A model generated the notes under the pieces. It was not told the DNA's origin, ran no database searches, and worked only from the letters and a program-made list of their open reading frames with translations. Made by a program: the position numbers and the translations under genes. Below are positions 34,701 through 43,187 of a stretch of DNA of 64,000 bases, piece after piece. Source of the stretch: an uncultured bacterium (GTDB lineage Bacteria > Fidelibacterota > Fidelibacteria > Fidelibacterales > Fidelibacteraceae); contig CAZHTR010000002.1 in the NCBI GenBank assembly GCA_964535585.1, positions 77,169 to 141,168 of the forward strand, read 5' to 3'. Positions within the stretch are counted from its first letter, which is position 1; each line of letters begins with the position of its first letter.

Positions 34701-36284
34701 ATGATACGTAAATATGTTCACATGATCGTTCTTGGACTGCTGTTGGTTTCCTGTGCCACCCGGGAGGTGATCCGCGAGGAAGCACCCGAACAGCGATCCG
34801 TCCCCGAAACCTATTCGACACCGGGTATCATGCATTTCATGTACGGTGAAATCTACCGGATGGACGGAAACCTTCCCTATGCCAATATGGAATACAGGCG
34901 GGCCCTGGAATATGATACGAGCGCAACCATACTGAACGCCATAGCAGAAACGTATCAGGCCATGGGCAAACACCAGCTGGCAACGGAATTTTTTGAAAGA
35001 TCATTATTGCTCGAATCCGGGAACCCCAAAGCGGTCTCCGCTTTGAGCGATCTTTATTTCAGGGAGAAAAGCTACGAAAAGGCGGTCCCTCTTTTGGAGA
35101 AACAGCGCGAGGAATCGCCGGAGAATTTACCGCTGCTTCAAAAACTGGCGGACAGTTATCGCCGGATCGGAGATTATGATAACGCCCTGCATGTTCTCGA
35201 TGAAATGATCCGCCTTGAACCTGATATTCCCTGGAGCTATATTTTTGCCGCGGAGACCATGTTCGAAGCAAAAAGAGCCGGCGATGCCGCGCCCTATCTC
35301 GAGAAGGTTCTGCAAATGATCCCTCCGAACGACGAATTGTTTGAGTTCTGGGTGCGCGCACTCTATGAAAAACGGGATATTCCCGGAATGTTGAGAGCGC
35401 TGAAGGCATGGGTGGATACGAAGCCCGAAAGTCTCAGCCCCTATTTTTTATATCTTGATCAGCTGAGCCGCGCGGATATGATTGACGAGATGGAGGATGT
35501 ATTGTCGAATATCGGACATCGCTGGCGGGAGGACGCAAAGATCTCCTACTTTCAGGGTCTGGTGGCAATGGCCGGCGGGGACAAGAATGCGGTATGGTTC
35601 TATTTTGAACGTGCCGACGGACTGCCCGGCGCGGAAGCCGATCTCTACATGCATTACGGGTTATGGTTCTGGGGTCAGGGCGAACCCGGCACTGCCGAAC
35701 GCATCGCCGACCGGGCTATCGCCCGCCTGGGTCCGGAAGCCCGCTGGCTGCACATGAAAGCCATGATCCGCGCACAGGAAAAGGATTATGACGCGGCGGA
35801 AACCTATTTACACACCCTGCTTTCACAGCACCCCGGCAATATCAATGCCAGGGAAGATCTGGCAAATATCTATATGGAGAACGGGAAATACGGCAAAGCC
35901 GATTCCCTCTACGCGGAACTGCTGGCCGATGATCCCGGGAACTCCACGATCCTGAACAATTATGCCTATACCCTGGCGCTGATGAACATGCGGCTGGATT
36001 ATGCCATGCAGCTCATTGACAAAGCGCTGAAAGAACACCAAAGCGCAGCGTATTACGATACCAAAGCCTGGATCTATTTCCGGCAGGAGAAATATCGCAG
36101 AGCGCTTTCACAGATAAACAGGGCGCTTCGTTATCCGGACGCGAACAGCGAAGTGCATTATCATCACGGTTTGATCTTACTGCAATTACGCCGGACCGAG
36201 CAGGCACGCACCGCGCTTGAACGGTCCCTGGCGCTGGATCCGCAAAACACCCTCGCAAAGAGGGCATTGGAGGGATTACAATAA
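34701..36284 (+). CDS. TPR-repeat lipoprotein
   Basis: ATG at 34701 gives MIRKYVHMIVLGLLLVSC (lipobox). Multiple TPR units follow (YRRALEYD, FERSLLLES, LERSLALDP...). Confidence 0.75.
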   Translation: MIRKYVHMIVLGLLLVSCATREVIREEAPEQRSVPETYSTPGIMHFMYGEIYRMDGNLPYANMEYRRALEYDTSATILNAIAETYQAMGKHQLATEFFERSLLLESGNPKAVSALSDLYFREKSYEKAVPLLEKQREESPENLPLLQKLADSYRRIGDYDNALHVLDEMIRLEPDIPWSYIFAAETMFEAKRAGDAAPYLEKVLQMIPPNDELFEFWVRALYEKRDIPGMLRALKAWVDTKPESLSPYFLYLDQLSRADMIDEMEDVLSNIGHRWREDAKISYFQGLVAMAGGDKNAVWFYFERADGLPGAEADLYMHYGLWFWGQGEPGTAERIADRAIARLGPEARWLHMKAMIRAQEKDYDAAETYLHTLLSQHPGNINAREDLANIYMENGKYGKADSLYAELLADDPGNSTILNNYAYTLALMNMRLDYAMQLIDKALKEHQSAAYYDTKAWIYFRQEKYRRALSQINRALRYPDANSEVHYHHGLILLQLRRTEQARTALERSLALDPQNTLAKRALEGLQ

Positions 36285-37192
36285 TGGATATCTCAGTCAT
36301 TGTTCCGGTCTATAATGAAGAAGGGACCATCCGTGAACTGGCCGCACGCGTGTCGGCGGTTTTTGGCGAACAGCAGTATAAGGGCGAGATCATTTTCGTC
36401 AATGACGGGTCAAGTGACCGTACGACGGAATTTTGTACCGAGCTTGCGGAACAGGATCCCCGGATACGGCATATTCACTTTCATCGCAATAAAGGAAAAG
36501 CGGCCGCGCTGCAGGCGGGTTTTGATATGGCAAAAGGAACATATGTCATTACCATGGACGGCGATCTGCAGGATGAGCCGGCGGAGATACCTGCGCTGAT
36601 CGCAAAGCTCAACGAAGGCTGGGATATCGTATCCGGCTGGAAGAAAAAACGCCATGACCCCATCTCAAAACGCTGGCCGTCCAAGCTGTTCAACTGGGCG
36701 GCGCGACGCATGTCCGGCATTAAGATCCATGATTTTAACTGCGGGCTCAAAGCCTACCGAAGCGAGGTTGTCAAAGCAATCAAAGTATATGGTGAAATGC
36801 ATCGCTGGATCCCCGTTCTGGCAAAAGTCGAAGGCTTTAAGACCACCGAGATCGTTGTGACGCACCATCCCCGTACAAGCGGGGTCAGCAAATACGGTTT
36901 CAGCCGCACCTTCAAGGGGTTCTTTGATTTTATGACCATCTTCTTTCTCAGCCGCTTCACCTTGCGGCCGATGCATTTTTTCGGTTTTTTCGGTTTATTA
37001 TCGGCCACGGCCGGCGTGATCATCGAGATCATCGTTCTGATCTACAAATACGGATACGGACATTCTTTCCAGACGCACCTGGCCATGTTGATATTGGGTG
37101 TGCTGCTGATCGTGCTGGGCGTGCAGCTCTTCTCCATCGGGCTTATCGGTGAAATGCTGGTCTATCAATCCAAAAAGAGAAATCAGACATGA
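36284..37192 (+). CDS. Polyprenol-phosphate glycosyltransferase (GT2; GtrB/DPM1/ArnC-like)
   Basis: ISVIVPVYNEEGTI, NDGSSDRT, GKAAALQAGF and MDGDLQDEP, plus two C-terminal TM helices. Its start overlaps the TPR gene stop (TAATG). Confidence 0.8.
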   Translation: MDISVIVPVYNEEGTIRELAARVSAVFGEQQYKGEIIFVNDGSSDRTTEFCTELAEQDPRIRHIHFHRNKGKAAALQAGFDMAKGTYVITMDGDLQDEPAEIPALIAKLNEGWDIVSGWKKKRHDPISKRWPSKLFNWAARRMSGIKIHDFNCGLKAYRSEVVKAIKVYGEMHRWIPVLAKVEGFKTTEIVVTHHPRTSGVSKYGFSRTFKGFFDFMTIFFLSRFTLRPMHFFGFFGLLSATAGVIIEIIVLIYKYGYGHSFQTHLAMLILGVLLIVLGVQLFSIGLIGEMLVYQSKKRNQT

Positions 37193-38214
37193 CCGAACAC
37201 AGCTGCCGTTTCTCCGTGATCGTGCCGACCTTTAACCGCCTCGAAGAGATACGGGAACTTCTTGCATCACTCGAAAAACAAACATTGGCACATGATGCCT
37301 TTGAGGTCATTATCGTTGATGACGGCTCCACGGACGAAACAGAAGCCTATGTCCGGGATGTTCAGCAAAAAGGGAAGCTAAACCTGTCATTCTATAAACA
37401 GGATCATAAAGGACCGGGTCCGGCACGCAATACGGGAATGGAACATGCCCGGGGAGAATATTATGTTTTTATCGACAGCGACTGTATTGCCGATGAGAAC
37501 TGGCTGAACGCTTATCATGAAGCATTGAACACCCCGGTTGCCGGTTTCGGCGGACCCGACAGAGTGCGCGCGGATTTCAGTCCGCTGCAGAAGGCCATCG
37601 ATTACTCCATGACCTCATTTATCACGACCGGAGGCATCCGCGGTTCCTCAACAAAGAAGATCTCAAAATATTATCCCAGAAGTTTTAATATGGGCGTACG
37701 TGCCGATGTTGTCCGTAAGATCGGGGGATTCGGAACGCTGCGTCACGGTCAGGATATCGAGTTCACCCATCGTGTGCGCACGCAGGGTGAAACCATCAAA
37801 GTCATGGATGCCGTGGTGTATCATAAGCGAAGAACATCCCTGCGGAGGTTCTTTAAACAGGTATTCAATTGGGGTGTCGCGCGTATCAATTTATATAAGA
37901 TCGACAAGGGTATGCTGGAAGCCATTCACTTTTTCCCTTTTCTTGCCACTTGTTGTGTGGTCGCCTTTCTTGCGGCTTTTGCGATATGGCCCGCGAGCCT
38001 GTGGCCGCTGCTGCTTGCCGGCGTGGGCGTGTTGCTGCTTATGGCGGTGCACGGGGTCGTGAAATATAAGGACATCCGGGTTTTCTTCTATATACCGCTG
38101 GTTGTCCCGGTACAGATACTCGCTTACGGGTTCGGTTTCGGCACGGCCTTTTTCCGGCGCGTACTTTTCGGCGGCAAAGAGAAAACAGGTTTTGTAAAAA
38201 ACTATTATAAATAA
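37189..38214 (+). CDS. Family-2 glycosyltransferase with a C-terminal membrane domain
   Basis: FSVIVPTFNRLEEI, VIIVDDGSTDET and YVFIDSDC motifs. ATGA start/stop overlap. Confidence 0.8.
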   Translation: MTEHSCRFSVIVPTFNRLEEIRELLASLEKQTLAHDAFEVIIVDDGSTDETEAYVRDVQQKGKLNLSFYKQDHKGPGPARNTGMEHARGEYYVFIDSDCIADENWLNAYHEALNTPVAGFGGPDRVRADFSPLQKAIDYSMTSFITTGGIRGSSTKKISKYYPRSFNMGVRADVVRKIGGFGTLRHGQDIEFTHRVRTQGETIKVMDAVVYHKRRTSLRRFFKQVFNWGVARINLYKIDKGMLEAIHFFPFLATCCVVAFLAAFAIWPASLWPLLLAGVGVLLLMAVHGVVKYKDIRVFFYIPLVVPVQILAYGFGFGTAFFRRVLFGGKEKTGFVKNYYK

Positions 38215-38226
38215 ACAGGAGTTGCC

Positions 38227-40686
38227 ATGACTGACTTAACGGCCCCAAACAAAACACACACACGCATAAAATACCTTATTATAGCCGTTGCTCTGCTTCT
38301 TCCGTTATTCTATTTCTTTTCGCCCATGGTCTTTCAGGGGATGCGGCCCATGGGGGTCGATATTTCCGCTTCTATGGGAAGCAACCAGCTCATCAGACAA
38401 TATGAAAAGGAAAGCGGGGAGCGTGCCCTCTGGAATCCGAATGTTTTTGCGGGCACACCGGTCTATCCGAGGATCACACCGGACATTGTGCATGTCGACA
38501 GTCTGCTGAAATATCTGGGAGAGATCAGCTATACCTATTTCTGGTATTTTCTTGCGGGAGCTTTAGGCGTGTTCTTTTTGCTCAGATATAAAAAACAACC
38601 CTGGTACATCGCGCTCATCGCCGCGCTGGCCTTTATGTTGCTGCCGCACTGGATCGCGCTGCTGCATACCGGACACTTTGCCAAGTTGCGTGCTTTCATG
38701 GTCATTCCGTGGCTGATCCTCAGCTTTAATTATCTCATCGACAAACGCAGCTGGTTGAGCGTAGCTCTTTTTGCCCTGTGCTTCTCGTGGATCACGCGCA
38801 CGCAGCATATGCAGATCGTATTCTATGGCATTCTTATTCTAATCTTTCTTTTTTTCGTACCGGTCGTCCGTCTGCTGATCCAAAAAGAATGGAAGCAATT
38901 TGCCGATGTTGCCCTGAAGATCCTTGCCGGTGTTGTCCTAACCATTGCCGTTTCCAGCCAGCCCTTTGTCAGCCTGGAAGAATATACGGAACACTCCACC
39001 CGCGGCGGGAACGCGGTTCAAATGCAGGCGGATAGCGAAACCTCCGGACAGGAAAAAGGGGTTGGACTGCGGTATGCGACCAACTGGTCCCTCGACGGAA
39101 AAGGTTTGCTTGCCTTCGTTATCCCGCGTTATGCCGGCGGCCTGTCCCAGGAAACCTATACCGGGAATAAATATCCGCAATTGAAAGGGCGCGCCATCCC
39201 GGGCTATTGGGGAGAAATGCCCTTTACCCAGAGTTATGATTTTGTCGGTATCCTTCTTTTTCTTCTTGCGGTGACCGGGGCGGTATTGAACTGGAAGAAG
39301 GAAGCTTTCATCCGCTGCCTGAGCATTTTCAGTGTTTTTGCCATTCTGCTTGCTTTCGGAAGGCACTTTATGCCCCTGTACAGAGTATTGTATGAGATCG
39401 TACCCTATTTTTCAAAATTCCGGGTACCCTCTATGATCGTAAATATGGTCTTCATTGCCATTATCATAATGGCCGCTTACGGTTTGCGCTCACTTCTCGA
39501 GGAAGAAAGTAAAAAGTACATCAAACAGATCGCCGGCATTTTTGGCGGTGCCGCGGTGCTCTTGGTTCTGCTTCTACTCCTAAGCAACGGTTTTTCCTAT
39601 GCCCGCGAGGGTGAGGCTGCCCGCTACGGCGCACAGACCATGGAGATCATTCGCTCTATCCGGAAAGAATATTTACAGACCGATACGCTGAAAGCATTGT
39701 TCTTTGTCCTTGCCGGGGGCGGACTGCTGATCGCGCGTGCTTTCAATAAACTTAAAAAAGTACCCGTTTATCTTCTGCTTGGACTCCTGATCACGCTGGA
39801 ACTTTTCACGGTTGCCAACAAGGCATATAAAAACATGCCCATGGGTCATCCCGAGACGCTGGAGCGCAGGGAATTCCGGCAGACGGATATCACGCGCTAT
39901 CTGGGACAGCAACCCCGCAATGCACGCGTCTTTGCCTACGGTCACGACAGTAACCACTATAACTATTTCTATCCGGGTATCAGCGGGTACAGCGCCATTA
40001 AGCTCCAGACCATTCAGGATCTGCGCGACCATTGCCTGTATACGGGTAACGGGCTGAACTGGAATGTGCTCAACATGCTTGGCGGTCGATATGTCATTTT
40101 ACCGGGACAGATGCAGGAAGATTTTCTTCAACAGGTTGCCGTGGATGAAAACCGCCGGGAGGTCCTGTATGTGAACCATAACGCCCTGCCGAAAGCATGG
40201 TTTGTTCAAAACGTCAGAACATTTCCCGAATTCAGGGATATGCTGCATTATATGAACGCCGCGGTTTTTGATCCGGCGTCCGAGGCATTGCTAAAAGGGG
40301 ATGCGGCCCCCGGTCAAACGAACTTCAGCGCAAGCGGCAGCATTCGCATGACCGCCAATACGCCAAACCGTATGGAGTTTGCCGTAAGTACACCGGACCC
40401 GCAGTTCGCGGTATTCTCGGAAATGTACTATCCCGAAGGATGGGTATTGACAAAGAACGGTGAAACGTTACCCCTCATTCAAACCAATTACGCTTTGCGT
40501 GGAGCAACCCTGCCGGCAGGCGACTATACCCTGACCATGGAATTTCATCCCCGTGCTTATTATAGCGGTATGAACGTTGTTTGGATCGGCAATACCATCA
40601 TGATCCTGATGATACTCCTTTCCGTGTTTATCGATCATCGTGAAAAATTACCGCGTATTTTAAGTAAGATCAGAAAGAAAGAATAA
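38227..40686 (+). CDS. YfhO-like polytopic membrane protein (putative GT-C glycosyltransferase)
   Basis: The 819-aa protein has more than 10 TM segments in its N-terminal two thirds, LWNPNVFAGTPVY near the N-terminus, a soluble C-terminal domain and a terminal TM. Confidence 0.65.
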   Translation: MTDLTAPNKTHTRIKYLIIAVALLLPLFYFFSPMVFQGMRPMGVDISASMGSNQLIRQYEKESGERALWNPNVFAGTPVYPRITPDIVHVDSLLKYLGEISYTYFWYFLAGALGVFFLLRYKKQPWYIALIAALAFMLLPHWIALLHTGHFAKLRAFMVIPWLILSFNYLIDKRSWLSVALFALCFSWITRTQHMQIVFYGILILIFLFFVPVVRLLIQKEWKQFADVALKILAGVVLTIAVSSQPFVSLEEYTEHSTRGGNAVQMQADSETSGQEKGVGLRYATNWSLDGKGLLAFVIPRYAGGLSQETYTGNKYPQLKGRAIPGYWGEMPFTQSYDFVGILLFLLAVTGAVLNWKKEAFIRCLSIFSVFAILLAFGRHFMPLYRVLYEIVPYFSKFRVPSMIVNMVFIAIIIMAAYGLRSLLEEESKKYIKQIAGIFGGAAVLLVLLLLLSNGFSYAREGEAARYGAQTMEIIRSIRKEYLQTDTLKALFFVLAGGGLLIARAFNKLKKVPVYLLLGLLITLELFTVANKAYKNMPMGHPETLERREFRQTDITRYLGQQPRNARVFAYGHDSNHYNYFYPGISGYSAIKLQTIQDLRDHCLYTGNGLNWNVLNMLGGRYVILPGQMQEDFLQQVAVDENRREVLYVNHNALPKAWFVQNVRTFPEFRDMLHYMNAAVFDPASEALLKGDAAPGQTNFSASGSIRMTANTPNRMEFAVSTPDPQFAVFSEMYYPEGWVLTKNGETLPLIQTNYALRGATLPAGDYTLTMEFHPRAYYSGMNVVWIGNTIMILMILLSVFIDHREKLPRILSKIRKKE

Positions 40687-40697
40687 GCGCGGATCAT

Positions 40698-42008
40698 ATG
40701 GAAGCACCCCTGAAAAAAGTACTGATCATTACCTACTACTGGCCTCCTGCGGGCGGTCCGGGTGTTCAGCGCATATTAAAATTTTCGAAGTATCTGCCGG
40801 ATTTTGGCTGGGAACCCCTGGTCCTGACGGTCCGGAACGGTGAATACCCCGCATATGACGAAAGTCTGCTGAAGGAAGTGCCCGCCGGGATGAAAGTATA
40901 TAAAACCAAGACCCGCGAACCCATTGGACTGTATAAAAAAATGACCGGCATCAAACACAGTGAACCGCTCCCGGTAGGCGTACTTGCCCAAAAAGAACGA
41001 TCCCTGACAAAAAGAATAGCCAACTTTGTGCGGATGAATATGATCATTCCCGATGCAAAAAGGGGCTGGAAACGTCACGCCCTGCGCGAAGCGGGAAAGA
41101 TCATTCGCGAAGAACGACCCGATCTGATCCTGTCCTCTTCGCCCCCGCCGACCGTTCATCTGATCGCCCGGGAACTTGCCCGGAAGTATAAACTCAAATG
41201 GGTGGCGGACCTGCGCGACCCCTGGTCGAACATTCATTATTATCAGAGCGGGCGGCTTAAGATCGCCGCCACCATCGATGCCGCACTGGAGCGGAAAACA
41301 CTTTCACAAGCGGATGCCGTGGTGACCGTAAGCGAACATTTCGCGGAGCGGATCCTGGCCGACAGGAAGAAGGTCCGTATTGTCCCGAACGGATATGATC
41401 CGGATGATTTTACCCAAATCCCTCACAAGCCGGCAGCCAGCAGCACGATGCGCATCGCCTATATCGGAGGCATGAACAGCAACCGCTATTATCCGGAATT
41501 TTTCACTGCGCTGCGGCAGTTTGCCGAAACGAAAAAACCGGCATCCACAACCATCGAAATGGTCTTTGCCGGAGTGGTCCCGGACACGATCCGCGAAGAG
41601 ATTTCTGCGATACTCGGACAACGCGTTCGAACGGAATTCCTGGGATACCTCTCGCATCCAAGCGCGCTGGAATTAATGCATCACTCCGATCTCTTGCTTC
41701 TTTTCATGGAACGAGCCGACGATTACGCCGGACATGTTCCCGGCAAACTTTTCGAATACCTGAATACCGGACGTTTTATTTTGGGAATGGGCAATAAAGA
41801 TGGCGACACATCCGGTATTCTGAAGAGAACGAACGGTGGTCTGATCATCGAAGAGCGGGATCGGATCGACGAGATCATCCGGGACATATATAACAAATGG
41901 GCAAACGGAGATCTCCGGGGCGCGCCGCCGGAAAGATTAACATCCTTTTCAAGAAAAGCACAAACACAGTATCTGGCCGAGATCCTGGGAGACATGATAT
42001 GCGGATAA
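40698..42008 (+). CDS. GT-B fold glycosyltransferase (GT4-like)
   Basis: KVLIITYYWPPAGGPGVQRILKFSKYLPDFGWEPLVLT at the N-terminus and a C-terminal ...PGKLFEYL... (E-x7-E-like region). Confidence 0.65.
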   Translation: MEAPLKKVLIITYYWPPAGGPGVQRILKFSKYLPDFGWEPLVLTVRNGEYPAYDESLLKEVPAGMKVYKTKTREPIGLYKKMTGIKHSEPLPVGVLAQKERSLTKRIANFVRMNMIIPDAKRGWKRHALREAGKIIREERPDLILSSSPPPTVHLIARELARKYKLKWVADLRDPWSNIHYYQSGRLKIAATIDAALERKTLSQADAVVTVSEHFAERILADRKKVRIVPNGYDPDDFTQIPHKPAASSTMRIAYIGGMNSNRYYPEFFTALRQFAETKKPASTTIEMVFAGVVPDTIREEISAILGQRVRTEFLGYLSHPSALELMHHSDLLLLFMERADDYAGHVPGKLFEYLNTGRFILGMGNKDGDTSGILKRTNGGLIIEERDRIDEIIRDIYNKWANGDLRGAPPERLTSFSRKAQTQYLAEILGDMICG

Positions 42009-43000
42009 AGAAATATATATTTATGCTGGATAAATTCCGAAGGGACATCCGGACACCGAAACAACGCTATCGCATCCCCGAAGATCTGCATGGCCCTGAA
42101 TTGAAAGAGTATTATTTCATTTTTTCCGAACGCCGCGTTTCTTCCGGAGCGGATCAGCCTCTGATCAGTGCGTTCAACGAGAACGGGATCCCGGTTAACA
42201 GGACCTACGTTGATGTCAAAGACCAGGATTACGTATACTTTCCGATCACCATCGGGCAGATGGGGATCGCGGTTTTTCATACCTATCTGCAAACAAAAAG
42301 CGAACACGATAAAGACCGTTTTTTAAAATTCGCGGAATGGTTCACCGACGAAAGCAATATGGATACGGACGAACATCTCGGGGTCCGCTGGTTGACGCAT
42401 GTACCCTTACCCCAGTATAATAACCCCGGGCCCTGGCAGTCCGCCTTTTCACAAAGCCGGGGACTTTCCATTCTGCTTCGGGCTTATCAGCTTAGCGGTA
42501 AAAAACATTATGCCGAAATCGCCGAAAAAGCGTTGAAGGCGTTTACCGTTCCCGTTGCGGACGGCGGTGTGTGTGCGATCACGCAATGGGGTCCCTTTTA
42601 CGAAGAATACACCGCCGCTTTCCCCACGCTTGTGCTGAACGGTATGATCTTCTCACTGTGCGGTGTGTATGATTTTGTCCGGGTCTTTCCGGAAAACCCA
42701 ATAGCAAGTAAGATATATGATGACGGTATCCGCACCCTGGAGAATATTCTTCCGCAGTATGATCTGGGCTATTGGTCAAAATATAACCTTTGTGCCGACG
42801 AAGGTTATCCCAAGACCGACCCCGCGACCATCGCCTATCAGCGGTTGCACGTCGACCAGCTGAACATGCTCTACAGGCTGACGGGTAAAGAAACATTCAA
42901 ACGCTATGCCGACATTTTTCGGCGGCAGGATACATTTTTCAATGCGCTAAAAATGTACAGAGTAAAATATTCTGCGCTTAAAAAGATCGGCAGATTATAA
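41999..43000 (+). CDS. D-glucuronyl C5-epimerase C-terminal-domain-like protein
   Basis: I chose the ATG at 41999 (MRIKKYIFML). It has GMIFSLCGVYDF, YDLGYWSKYNL and YQRLHVDQLNMLYRLTG blocks, recalled from that family. Confidence 0.55.
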   Translation: MRIKKYIFMLDKFRRDIRTPKQRYRIPEDLHGPELKEYYFIFSERRVSSGADQPLISAFNENGIPVNRTYVDVKDQDYVYFPITIGQMGIAVFHTYLQTKSEHDKDRFLKFAEWFTDESNMDTDEHLGVRWLTHVPLPQYNNPGPWQSAFSQSRGLSILLRAYQLSGKKHYAEIAEKALKAFTVPVADGGVCAITQWGPFYEEYTAAFPTLVLNGMIFSLCGVYDFVRVFPENPIASKIYDDGIRTLENILPQYDLGYWSKYNLCADEGYPKTDPATIAYQRLHVDQLNMLYRLTGKETFKRYADIFRRQDTFFNALKMYRVKYSALKKIGRL

Positions 43001-43187
43001 ACAATCCAGGGATTGTTCCGGCTTTTTTGGGATTTACCACCCCACGATCCAATAAATAAAAAAATAAAAAAATTGTTGTGAATATTTCCGGATAGCATTA
43101 AAATTTATCAAGGAAGTAATAAAAAACAGGAAATACCAAAATTCTGAAAAGGATAATTAAAGTTAATAACTTTAAAGGAGGTTATTT

